DNA of 64,000 bases from Antedon mediterranea (taxonomy: Eukaryota; Animalia; Echinodermata), in the NCBI RefSeq assembly GCF_964355755.1, contig NC_092672.1, positions 21,155,237 through 21,219,236 on the forward strand, read 5' to 3'. The notes beneath the pieces were generated by a model, which did no database searches, had not been told where the DNA came from, and saw only the letters and a program-made list of their open reading frames with translations. Below are positions 1-10,573 of the stretch, piece by piece. Position numbers and translations under genes: made by a program. Every line of letters begins with the position of its first letter. The stretch's first letter is position 1.

Positions 1-8
1 AAAGTTAA

Positions 9-236
9 ATTGTGCGTAGTGCTGCCAATTTGAAAGGTATTCAAATCAATTCTAAGACTAGAAATCTGTTTGGATATCATAGATGAAATACCCCTTGTAG
101 CATTTCAAAGATATCATTTTTGATAAATGAATTTGACAATTATTGAAACCATTAGAGATCAGATGGTCATCAAACTTATATAAATAAAAAATGGAAAAAC
201 CAATACAATAGATCTTTAGTCTGCTTTATGGCATAT
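9..236. mobile_element. Short, internally deleted TTAA-flanked non-autonomous DNA transposon (Kolobok-like)
   Basis: TTAA at 5-8 and 237-240. The left part (ttgaaaggtatt...tggatatcatagat) and right end (gtctgctttatggcatat) match the two ends of the longer copy at 50757-52144. Confidence 0.5.
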
Positions 237-898
237 TTAACTGTCTGCTGACTGCATATTTAAACATTGATGATTGTTAGAATTCAAATTATTAATGGTG
301 GGCTTATACTTAACATAGGTCTACTTTACTGTGAAAACAGGATGCTGGTCAACTCATCACTAAAATACTTTGATAACAAATAGTATATCAAGACTTAAAT
401 ATTATGAAGAGGGAAGCTTGAATGCCACTATTATTCCAAAATAGGGATAGGCTGCTGTGTAGTGTTTATATGACATGTTCAGTTTTTAAATTCACTAGTA
501 AATAATAAACCTTCTTAGTTTCTGTCTAATAGCATTACTGCTAATGCAGTATATTAAAGTTTAAATTTCTAAATTAGATAATTTATTGTACTATACATCA
601 CAGCCACTGATCATAACTGGGCCCTCTTGGAGACCAGTCTTTGACTGAAGAGGTTGCCCAGTATAAACAAAATATTTTAATTTCAATAATGACACGTCAA
701 CCAGTAATTTTGATCAAAACAAATTTAAGGCAAATGTACTGTACATTACTTTACATATAGTCTACTCGCCCTAATTTGCTAAACATTTTAGCAGCTAGAA
801 ATATTGCCACATAATTTTTTTTGGGTAAAAAATGTGTATTTTTTTTTTCGTCCAATGTTGAGAGTGGCCTAACAACAATGAAATCCATAAATTATAAA
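78..898 (+). repeat. Segmental duplication block A (other copy 63180-64000)
   Basis: Colinear direct repeat at offset 63102, with about 4 substitutions seen in ~820 bp. Confidence 0.95.
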
Positions 899-1191
899 TA
901 ATTACAACATTGTTTTTCATATGTATGGACAATGGTGTTTATAACCCTTTAAACTGTACAGTACAAACAATGGCATAGACTCGACATTAGGATGTTTTTT
1001 CACTGACAGAATTAACTTGGATTTATAGATTCAACAGCAAAGTGAAGTTCTCGTTCATGTTTTATGCCACAAATTCAGACCACTGGTTCCTTCTGAGCAT
1101 GCACAATACAATTGTGTCATCATCTCCAATAAGAATCTGAGAATAAGAACATGATGTTTGGTATGATAATTATCTATACTATGTGAAATAT

Positions 1192-1290
1192 AATAACCTC
1201 TATGTGCTTAATATTTTAACCCAAGCTGGTCACAACCTCATATGTATGTGCCTGATCAAGGCAGGATCAGATGTGAATGTTGCAAGTGAT
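1192..1290 (+). pseudogene. Partial or degenerate ankyrin-repeat exon
   Basis: Encodes ...AGHNLICMCLIKAGSDVNVASD (C-terminal two thirds of an ankyrin repeat), followed by a phase-0 GTAAGT donor at 1291. There is no AG at the expected 99-nt start and no TPLH-like motif; a possible AG lies at 1224-1225. Confidence 0.65.
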
Positions 1291-4073
1291 GTAAGTCATA
1301 TATTTAACAAAACATTTTACTTTTTTTTCCAATTTAAAAAGTCTAGATTAATTTTTCACAAAATCTACAAATTGGAGTAGTAAAGATTTTGTCTGATTTA
1401 ATGTTGTAATTATAGTTACAAAATTTTCACTCATCTTAAACCTTATTCATTATTTTAATGATTTACTTACATTAATACATAGGCCTATACAACAAATACA
1501 ATACATTAGTTTATATTTTTGAATGACAGGTTTGTCAAATATAATTGTGGCACATTTCAACAAATTACAGCATATAATTACTGTAGATAAAACCAAATTA
1601 CATTTGCTCATAAAGAGTATTATCGTTTTTCGGAATGTGCCTTGAAAGCTTTGGTCTTTGTTCTATCGTCTTACTGTACACCATCGCTTGTAGTATAATA
1701 TCCCACTACCCGGCCTGTGTTAAATATAAAGGCATCCATGTCTAATTCATATTATATTTACCTGTTTCAAATGAAAAAATGGATAGCTACTGTAGATTGT
1801 TTTAAATTTAAAGAAAAGAGAATAGATTTAGAGAATAATTTGCAAGCATGTAATTATATTTGAACATAATGAACAACTACCTAAAAGGTAGTCTTCTTTA
1901 TTGTACCTTTTTAATATCCTAGATGTGGGTAAAGTACTTTAGAAGAATCCTTTATCACTTCTCATCTGTTGTGCTGGCATACATATCTTATTTGTTTTAT
2001 TCTTTGACTTCATTTATATATTATCTTTCATTTATATGTAATTGTGAAACATTCTAAGCATGCCATTATTTGAAAATATTTTCTTATCTTATTTTATGCA
2101 ATGTTATTATATTCTTCAATTTTCAACAACAGCTATAGCTATTTAAAAAGAAAAAAGTTGATTGAATATAATTGTATGGAAATTTTTCAGAAAATTCAGT
2201 CGATGATCACTGTTTAAAAAAAAATATACAATAAGAAATATTTAATGCAGTATTTAAAATGAATTAATGAAAACAATTATGCATTTCTTCAATGGCCGCA
2301 AATGGTAACTGGCTGCAGGCCTTTTAATTTATTTTAAAGTCAGGTTTTTCAAAATTTACCCAACTTTGTCAATAAAATGATCCAATATTTGGAAATAAGT
2401 AAATAATATTCTAATTTTAGCTATTGATTATGTGAAAATTATTAAATTTGAGACCTCTAATCAGTCTCATACTTAGTAACTTTATTAAAACTAAAGACAA
2501 GGTTGACATGATGATTTGTTTGTTGCTAGAGGATAACGGTGTATTACTATCAGCAAGTTAAAAAAAAAAATAATGTTCCTCAAATTTTCTAGACTATAAA
2601 ACATGTCCTACTATAACAATTTGTCATGATCCATTTTAAATTTGAGTGCTAAATAAAACTTGTCTGCTAAATCTAAAACTTAGTTTTCTTCATCTTTCTG
2701 ATTTGACAGTAAAACAAATGTAATGTCATTGCAAACTCTTGTTTATATCACCATGGTTAAGAACTGAATAGGCCAAATTTGTTTTGTTACGTTTCATGTC
2801 CAGGATTTGAAATTTTTATTTTTTATTTGAGAAATTACAGTTCTAAATCTTACATAATTTATTTTAAATTGTATTTTTAAGTGTATATGGTCATTATTAC
2901 AGTTATGATCATACTTCAGTTGAAAATAATTTCCATTAAACAATTCTACAAGAGAAGGAGCACAATACATGCAATGGCTTTCTTTAACTTACCAGTATTT
3001 TCAGTTAATTCATTGCAATTATATCCTGCATTAATATCATTGCAATTATTATACTACTATATAATTTGTATTCAAGCAAATTATGTAGTTAGACAGGAGT
3101 AATAATGTCAGCTGCATTACATCAAATCAAGAAATTTTAATACAATTACACTGCTAGAAACAATGGTCAATCCAATTGTGGTCCCAATATGTCCTCATAA
3201 AGAATGGGAAAATAATAATAATAATGGATAAATAAATGACAAATATTGTTTATTATTATTATAACTTTAAAATCATAGCACATGGGCAGTACTCACCAAT
3301 TTTCATATTTGTTGCTCATACCAAAATGTAAAACCACTAATGCTAGAGAATTTATTTGTTACAGACTTATGGCAAAATCAGCATTGTATTAAACTATCGC
3401 ATGGAAGTTTTCAAATAATATATACTATGGCCCAGTTTCTTCTGCCAAGAATATACACACTGTATATTATTTTATATGGTATTTTTTGTGGCAGCAGAAA
3501 TGGGTCTCATAAAAAATATACTGTATAAATATACCGTATAATCTTGATCATTATCGATATCGTTATCTCTGATATTTTATCATACTGTATATTTCTTGCA
3601 CCTTTCTGCTGCGTCATGAATATACCATCTATATTGTTCACCCATAACACAAGGTTTGTTGAGCATACCCTACTTAGAACAATTACTAAAATGTCACAGT
3701 GGACTGAAAATCTTAAGATATTTGCTCTATTTAAATGTGATAGAACCGAGGTTTCAGTGTAATAGGAGATGTGGGGTTTGGTTGTCGTCAAAACAAGTGA
3801 ACAGTAAGCAGTACAAAACAGCAATGGACAATGACTGAAAGTTAGGTAGACACGGGGTTATCCGGTCCCATATGAGATTTTACGGGATCGAACCATAGCT
3901 ATCTATTCCTCAATCCATATAATCCCACAAAGTAGTTTTCAAAGGAAACGGGTCACCGAATTATAATTCTAATATATTATTACGTTATGTTTATGCCGTA
4001 CATATTGTAGCAGAAACAGGGCCTATCTTACATTAATGGCTCATTGGGATGACTAAAGGTTGGTATTAATAGT

Positions 4074-4597
4074 TGTTGTGGAATCGGTGAGAAATAATGA
4101 GGTGAACACGTTGTTGCAATATGTTGTCTTTATTAGATTTATTATTATTCAACAACTGTGTTGGGTTGTCTATAAGAACAAACAAAATACACTAAGTAGA
4201 TAGTTCTGTAGTCAACAAATACTTCAAAACATATGATAATAAAGAATAGTACGACTACCCCCTCTATAGTAATAGAAAGATGTAGACACTCGTACGCCGA
4301 CTCGACTCAAAGTGATAACGTCAAGCGAGGCCTAGATATATGAACTTTAACAACAATAAAATATCTAATTTTTAAAGGTGTACACAACTCAAAGACTGCC
4401 CCTGCAGACTCCTGGCTAAACATATTAATAAACGATTCTAATTAAACTCACCCAAAGGGTTCCAAAAAACAAATAAAGATGATTACACAGCATGAATATC
4501 TCACACGATACCAAATTGTATATGATTTCGTTCAGCCTGCGTATTGTACGCGCACTGGCACGCAACTCACAAATTGAAAACAAATGACGTCATGACA
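4074..4597 (-). repeat. 3' LTR of BEL/Pao element (524 bp)
   Basis: Direct repeat of 10051-10573, adjacent to the PPT. Confidence 0.97.
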
Positions 4598-4743
4598 TCC
4601 CAGCCCCCTAAAAAGTGACGGATAGTCACAACTAGTAACAAAGTCTACAACTTTAAATGTAACAATGAAAAGTTCATAAATGTCAATTACACTTTAAATC
4701 ATCAATCACAGTGGTCAAGGAACATCATCTGATCCACATATCA

Positions 4744-7700
4744 CTACATGTCTGAACGTTCGGTGCTCTTCATTAGCATGATCAACTTAGTAACCGGTTT
4801 CTTAGCATTGATACCATCTGCAAATCTTATGTCAACAATCCTAACAAGGTCATCTTTCCCTGGATAAACTTTACTGACTTCTGCCATTTTCCAACTACCA
4901 CGTTTCTTGTTCTCACCAATGACAAGTACTATGTCACCTTCCATTACATTCTCCATTGATTTCTGCCATTTAAGTCTTGGTGAGAGCTTATGGATACACT
5001 CCATCCATCGGTGCCAGAAACCATTCACCATAGAGTTACAAATTTCTCTCCGTTTTCTCAAATTTCCATGGAATTCTTCACACGGTACTTCCGGACACTG
5101 TAAATCACCTCTTCCAATCAGGAAATGATTAGGAGTTAATGGCGGGTGATCCAGGGGCGATGATGACTTGGCTGTCAAAGGTCGACTATTGATAAGACCA
5201 GATATCTGACAGAACACCGTCTCCCATTCAACAAATGTTAGTCTATCAGCTTTCACCAACTGTCTCATGCCTTTCTTCACCTCTTGAACCATGCGCTCAA
5301 CAGCTCCTTGGTGATGAGGTCCACCTGGTGGTCCAAATTTCCACTGCACATTATAACGTTGGCATTGTTCTCGTATCTTCGTCTGGTCTAGTCTCAAATT
5401 CAACTCATTTATTGTATTGTCAGCCCCTCTGAAACATGTGCCATTGTCACTCACCAACAAAGATGGTGCTCCTCTGATGCTTACAAATCGTTCCATTGCT
5501 TGTAGGAACGCTTGGGTAGTAAGATCTTGGACACAGGTTAAGTGTACAGCTCTAGTCACGGCACACGTAAAAACTGCACAATATCCTTTTGTGGTGGTAT
5601 TTTTGTTCAGTTTAACGTTAACTGGGCCCAGATAGTCTACGAGTGTGGAACTAAATGGCGGTGAGCATGGTTTCACTCGGAAGTCTGGTAGGTCAGCCAT
5701 CTTCTGCTCTATTGGCTTCCCTTTGTGTCTCCTACAAATAGTACATTGTCGTACAACTGTTTTTGAGATATTGGTATCCCCAATAATCCAAAACTTCTTT
5801 CTTACCTCTGATGCGGTTCTCCGGTGGCCCCCATGTAAAGAGTGTCTGTGTCTATCCCGAACAATCAGTAAACTGATATGGCTTCCCTTCGGTAGTATGT
5901 AAGGGTGTCTTATGTCATACGACAGTGGTGCATTCTTAATCCGTCCACCAACACGGTACACTCCTTCTTTCTCATCGAAGACTGGATCTAGCTTCATGAT
6001 GTTGTGATCATTGAAATTTATCTCAGCTTGTCCCTGTCGGATCCAAAGCAACTCAGCTTCCTTCAATGCATGTGGTGAAGGCCACTCAGAAATTTGTGAA
6101 GTTAACTTCTTTAACCATTGGTTCTTTGGTAACTGCTTTAAGGACACAACTCTTGCTGTGACCATCTTAAGTTTTGGCCAACTAGAAAACTTGGTGGGAT
6201 CAAGTATTCTTTCAAATTCAGGGATAGCCTTTATTTTGAGTGTTAGTGTCTTAGCATTACGGACATGGAATTTCTTTTGTTCTCCATCTTCAGAAGCTAC
6301 TTGAACATTTGTCGGAGTTTTAGGCCAAGAGATTGGTGGTGATCGTAGGAACCCTGGTCCATCGATGACTTTCTTCATATCGTCAATGTTTCCTCCTCTT
6401 GAAACAATATATATAGTGTTCTGGTCTGATGGTACAAAGGCAATATCTTTGATCGGGTCAAATTCAGAAGTGATCTCACCTACACGGTATGCAACATACG
6501 ATCGGAAAGATTTAGATTGACCTCTCAGCCAACTGATGACAGTCATACTGTCTGTCCAAATCTTTGAATAAACTATGTCAAACCTCAAAGCATTCTTTAC
6601 AGTGAGCATCAGCCTTGAAAGCAGCAGAATTGCTTGAAGTTCTTTCCTGGGGATGCTTGATTGTTTAAGTGGTGTGAGTCTGGCTCGGGCGCACACAAAC
6701 GACAAATAAGCTTCAGTTGACTCTTCATGTGACCACCTTAGCCAAACTCCGATACCCATAGCATCTTCTGAAGCATCACTTGCACCATGCAGAGATACTT
6801 TTGGTAATGGTCTTTTTCCTCTAAATGGCTCTGGAATAAGACATCTTGGAATTTCTATGTCACTTGCTTTTTCAAGGTCTTTATTGATTTCACTGAGAAT
6901 AGCACAAAGTTCACCTCTCTGGTTAAGTGGTGTATCCCAATCAATGTTTAGTTGCCACAGTTTTTGTAACAGTGTTTTCGGTCGGACAAGGATACCGGAA
7001 AGCATACCGAATACGTCATAGTAAGAAGCGGTTTGTTTCAGAATGCTACGTTTAGTTGGGATTAGACCTTGAATTAGTTTAACCTCTTTGACCTTTAGAG
7101 TGTCGTTCACAAGGTCCCACTTTGTTCCCAAAGCTGTTGCAGCAGTGGCGTCTTCTGATTCATCACACATATTCCTAACATTGGATTGCCATTTCCTGAT
7201 ATTGAAGTTTCCTTTCTTCAGAGTCTCAATGAGTTTAGACTTTAAGTTGTCGGCCTCATTAGCATCAGTAACAGATTCATTCAAATCATCCATGTAAAAC
7301 TGGTCAGTAACAATTCTTTCTAATTGTTTATCACCGGGTGCATGCTCAGATACTATATGCCTCAAAGTCACAATAGCCGCAGTTGGTGATGGCTTGTCAC
7401 CAAATGTAACAGTCGTCAACTCGTACACTTGAATTGGATGGTTAGGATTCTCTCTGAACACAAATCGATGAAAGCGGGCATCATCAGAACTGATTTTAAT
7501 AGCCTGGAACATCTTACTAATGTCGGCAATTATACCAACTTCGTTTTCTCGGAATCGTAGGGCAACATCAAAAAGATCTGTATTAACATTTTCTCCTTTA
7601 TATAAATAATCATTAAGAGAATGGCCTTGAAATCTTGCCTTCCCATCATATACCACTCTCACAGGTGTTGTTTTAGATTCTTTGGTTACGGCAAAGTGTG

Positions 7701-8376
7701 GTAAAAACCACATCTTCCTTCCAGCCTCTCTATCTCTTTGTAGCTCTGCTTCTGTCACTCGACGAGAGACACCTCTTTTCAGTTGATCTCTCATTTGTTC
7801 GCAATACACTTCCCATTCTATGCTTCTATTCTCAAATTGCTTTTCTAGGCTCTTCAGTCTCTTCACAGCATACCCATAGTTATCTGGAAGGTCATTTGGT
7901 GCCCTTTTCCAAGGCAATCTAATTTCATAAGTTCCATTTGGCAGTTGTTTCACACTCTGATCAATTGCTTCCGTTGCCTTGCGGTTTGTAAGATGTTCGG
8001 AGCATTTGCACTTCTTTGGTTCTAAACCCATTGTCTCAATGCCAAGAAAATCTTCCATTGGTCCAACGGCAGACACATTAACATAGTTGAAGAGTGCTGA
8101 TGTGGTGAGTTGTCCTCCTTGGATAAACCATCCAAAAGGACATTTCACGGCTACAGGTTCATTGATACATTCACCTCGGAGGTACTCTTCCCAAATCATT
8201 AAGTGTGTGTTATCGACACCAAGCAGTACATCAATAGTTGGGTATGGAGCAACTTGTAAATCAATTTCATTTAGATGACTGTATTGTTTAAGCTGTTCTT
8301 TGTATACTATAGGAGCATCTCCGCAGGGTTCGTCTATTTCTGTGACGGTGAGTGGACAAGGAAGACCATGTACCAT
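4744..8376 (-). CDS. pol: BEL/Pao Pol: end of protease region, reverse transcriptase, RNase H, integrase
   Basis: WFLPH..V, RVVYDG, ADISKMFQAI, FGDKPSP, FYMDD (RT); SDASEDA, RKELQA, WTDS (Pao RNase H); H..LHGG..CTIC, VDYLGP, SDNGT, ERMV (integrase); C-terminal GKDDLVRIV. Confidence 0.96.
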   Translation of the reverse strand: MVHGLPCPLTVTEIDEPCGDAPIVYKEQLKQYSHLNEIDLQVAPYPTIDVLLGVDNTHLMIWEEYLRGECINEPVAVKCPFGWFIQGGQLTTSALFNYVNVSAVGPMEDFLGIETMGLEPKKCKCSEHLTNRKATEAIDQSVKQLPNGTYEIRLPWKRAPNDLPDNYGYAVKRLKSLEKQFENRSIEWEVYCEQMRDQLKRGVSRRVTEAELQRDREAGRKMWFLPHFAVTKESKTTPVRVVYDGKARFQGHSLNDYLYKGENVNTDLFDVALRFRENEVGIIADISKMFQAIKISSDDARFHRFVFRENPNHPIQVYELTTVTFGDKPSPTAAIVTLRHIVSEHAPGDKQLERIVTDQFYMDDLNESVTDANEADNLKSKLIETLKKGNFNIRKWQSNVRNMCDESEDATAATALGTKWDLVNDTLKVKEVKLIQGLIPTKRSILKQTASYYDVFGMLSGILVRPKTLLQKLWQLNIDWDTPLNQRGELCAILSEINKDLEKASDIEIPRCLIPEPFRGKRPLPKVSLHGASDASEDAMGIGVWLRWSHEESTEAYLSFVCARARLTPLKQSSIPRKELQAILLLSRLMLTVKNALRFDIVYSKIWTDSMTVISWLRGQSKSFRSYVAYRVGEITSEFDPIKDIAFVPSDQNTIYIVSRGGNIDDMKKVIDGPGFLRSPPISWPKTPTNVQVASEDGEQKKFHVRNAKTLTLKIKAIPEFERILDPTKFSSWPKLKMVTARVVSLKQLPKNQWLKKLTSQISEWPSPHALKEAELLWIRQGQAEINFNDHNIMKLDPVFDEKEGVYRVGGRIKNAPLSYDIRHPYILPKGSHISLLIVRDRHRHSLHGGHRRTASEVRKKFWIIGDTNISKTVVRQCTICRRHKGKPIEQKMADLPDFRVKPCSPPFSSTLVDYLGPVNVKLNKNTTTKGYCAVFTCAVTRAVHLTCVQDLTTQAFLQAMERFVSIRGAPSLLVSDNGTCFRGADNTINELNLRLDQTKIREQCQRYNVQWKFGPPGGPHHQGAVERMVQEVKKGMRQLVKADRLTFVEWETVFCQISGLINSRPLTAKSSSPLDHPPLTPNHFLIGRGDLQCPEVPCEEFHGNLRKRREICNSMVNGFWHRWMECIHKLSPRLKWQKSMENVMEGDIVLVIGENKKRGSWKMAEVSKVYPGKDDLVRIVDIRFADGINAKKPVTKLIMLMKSTERSDM

Positions 8377-8397
8377 TTACGTCTTCAATGTAGCAAT

Positions 8398-10023
8398 TCA
8401 GCAATCGTAGTTTCTTAGTAATTTCTTACCACCAACCAGACTCAGATCGTGTTTTTGATAAACATCTTGATTAGTAAGTGGAATGAGTCCCGATCGCAGA
8501 AGTGTCGCTTGGCTTCCACCATCCAATAAGATACGCACTAGACGGCGGGTTTTGCCACATCTCAGGTACCCCATAACAGTAGGTAAAGTCACTTGTAATT
8601 TACTTTCTCCATTGTTGGTGACCATGCCTGCCTGCTTAACAACTGTGGTTGGATCCGCTGGTTGAAATGGTTGAGCATTGCAATTAAGATTGGGTTGATC
8701 CTTTTTTTCATACAAGACAGGACAAACAGCCGGAAAGTGAAGGTTACTTCCACAAGATGGAGTTCCACAAGGTGCGGCAAATTGACAGGAATTCTTATCA
8801 TATGGAGGTTTACCAGCAGAGCAATTGTTGTGACCACATCTAAAACAGATTCTGTTCTTTTTCATCACTTCATATTTCTCCTTTTGAGACAAACTTCGAA
8901 ACTTGTTACAACTCTTTAAGAAATGGGTATTCGCAGTTGGATGCAGTGCACACTCGGGATTTCTATTGTAGTCTGACTTGTATCCTTCTGCAGATGACAC
9001 TACAGCAGCATTTGAAGCCTTCTTTGACGATGAAGATGATTCAGTTTCAGTCATGGGCATAGCTTTCTCAAGTAACAATAATTGGCTGTACAGCCATTTA
9101 ACCAAGCCAGTGAGAGAATGACCTGTGTCGTTGTCCCTAACGCTTTTATAGTAAGCTATTCTGTGTTCTTCTGGTAGCTTCTGTTTTATTTGGCTCAGCA
9201 TGATTTTGCTGTTCAATTCTCCAGATAAACCAATGGTTTCCGCTCTGGTTTCAAACGTTTGAAGGGTTTGGACAAAACGACTCATGGCTGGAATGTTGAT
9301 CTTGTCCTTACTTTCATAGGACTTTAAATTCTCTAGATCCTTCAACAGACTATCAACCACTCTGTCTTTGTCTCCGTAGCGTTCATCTAACACTTCCCAA
9401 GCTCTAGCCACATCGATACATCCTTTAACCATGTTTCTTTCTTTGCTGTTAATCATAGATTCAGTTAGCTGGTAGAAACATTCAATCTCAGTTAGATTAG
9501 TTGCACAATGTGTAAATAATTCTTTAAATCTTTTGTAATCCCGGATGTTGCCATTAAATGTAGGATACTTCATCTTTGCCATGGTAGGCGTTGACCTTGC
9601 CATAGCAGGTCGAGGTGTAGGTGAACTGAATGCAGGCGGCGAGGCAACCGTACCAGCAGGCTGCGTTGAGGCTGATGTTTGAAGAGGAGTTGTTGGAGTT
9701 GAGAATGGTACATCGACTGTAGATTGTGAGTGGCGCAGGGTAATCTCCCGTTTTGCACATACCAACCTTTGAAGGAAATCCATCTCACATTCTGACATCC
9801 ATTTCTCTTCCGTATCAAATTCTCCCTGGTCTTCAATTACATCAATCAGTTCAGAGTGTTTTAACTCAACTTTTCTGAACTGTTCCTCCGCCTTGATAAT
9901 GTAAGTTTTTAAAACATCTGGTTCGCAATTTTCTTTAAGTAGTGATTCTATCATGGACAGAGTCCTTGTTAACTGACCTTTGCTGTTCCGTCTGGTAAGC
10001 TTCAGTTTGTTTAAGTCTGCCAT
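8398..10023 (-). CDS. gag: BEL/Pao Gag plus aspartic protease
   Basis: ATG at 10023 (MADLNKLKL). YPTFNGNIRDY..F and AWEVLDERYG are BEL gag motifs. Three Cys/His knuckles (CALH..H..C, CFRC, CGTPSC..H). Protease motif ILLDGGSQAT. Confidence 0.92.
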   Translation of the reverse strand: MADLNKLKLTRRNSKGQLTRTLSMIESLLKENCEPDVLKTYIIKAEEQFRKVELKHSELIDVIEDQGEFDTEEKWMSECEMDFLQRLVCAKREITLRHSQSTVDVPFSTPTTPLQTSASTQPAGTVASPPAFSSPTPRPAMARSTPTMAKMKYPTFNGNIRDYKRFKELFTHCATNLTEIECFYQLTESMINSKERNMVKGCIDVARAWEVLDERYGDKDRVVDSLLKDLENLKSYESKDKINIPAMSRFVQTLQTFETRAETIGLSGELNSKIMLSQIKQKLPEEHRIAYYKSVRDNDTGHSLTGLVKWLYSQLLLLEKAMPMTETESSSSSKKASNAAVVSSAEGYKSDYNRNPECALHPTANTHFLKSCNKFRSLSQKEKYEVMKKNRICFRCGHNNCSAGKPPYDKNSCQFAAPCGTPSCGSNLHFPAVCPVLYEKKDQPNLNCNAQPFQPADPTTVVKQAGMVTNNGESKLQVTLPTVMGYLRCGKTRRLVRILLDGGSQATLLRSGLIPLTNQDVYQKHDLSLVGGKKLLRNYDC

Positions 10024-10050
10024 TGTAATTATTTCACTAGTTGTTGAAGC

Positions 10051-10573
10051 TGTTGTGGAATCGGTGAGAAATAATGAGGTGAACACGTTGTTGCAATATG
10101 TTGTCTTTATTAGATTTATTATTATTCAACAACTGTGTTGGGTTGTCTATAAGAACAAACAAAATACACTAAGTAGATAGTTCTGTAGTCAACAAATACT
10201 TCGAAACATATGATAATAAAGAATAGTACGACTACCCCCTCTATAGTAATAGAAAGATGTAGACACTCGTACGCCGACTCGACTCAAAGTGATAACGTCA
10301 AGCGAGGCCTAGATATATGAACTTTAACAACAATAAAATATCTAATTTTTAAAGGTGTACACAACTCAAAGACTACCCTGCAGACTCCTGGCTAAACATA
10401 TTAATAAACGATTCTAATTAAACTCACCCAAAGGGTTCCAAATAACAAATAAAGATGATTACACAGCATGAATATCTCACACGATACCAAATTGTATATG
10501 ATTTCGTTCAGCCTGCGTATTGTACGCGCACTGGCACGCAACTCACAAATTGAAAACAAATGACGTCATGACA
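10051..10573 (-). repeat. 5' LTR of BEL/Pao element (523 bp)
   Basis: Direct repeat of 4074-4597; carries an Inr-like CAGTT and AATAAA motifs on the minus strand. Confidence 0.97.

Larger units (their letters stand above)
4074..10573 (-). mobile_element. Full-length BEL/Pao LTR retrotransposon, recent insertion
   Basis: TG..CA LTRs at 4074-4597 and 10051-10573 with about 4 differences. 5-bp TSD ATAGT (4069-4073, 10574-10578). PPT AGGGGGCTGGGA on the minus strand (4598-4609). Domain order gag-PR-RT-RH-IN. Confidence 0.97.

Noticed and set aside
617-661. Hairpin containing CTGAAGA, a possible hammerhead
   Set aside because: No GAAA and no viable helix I; more consistent with the 3' stem-loop of a LINE/SINE tail.
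8377-8400. Programmed stop-codon readthrough between gag and pol
   Set aside because: Two in-frame stops are present and the break falls within the protease region, so single readthrough cannot explain it.
4907-10180. Many short ORFs overlapping the BEL element
   Set aside because: Antisense or alternate-frame shadows of gag-pol with no recognisable motifs.
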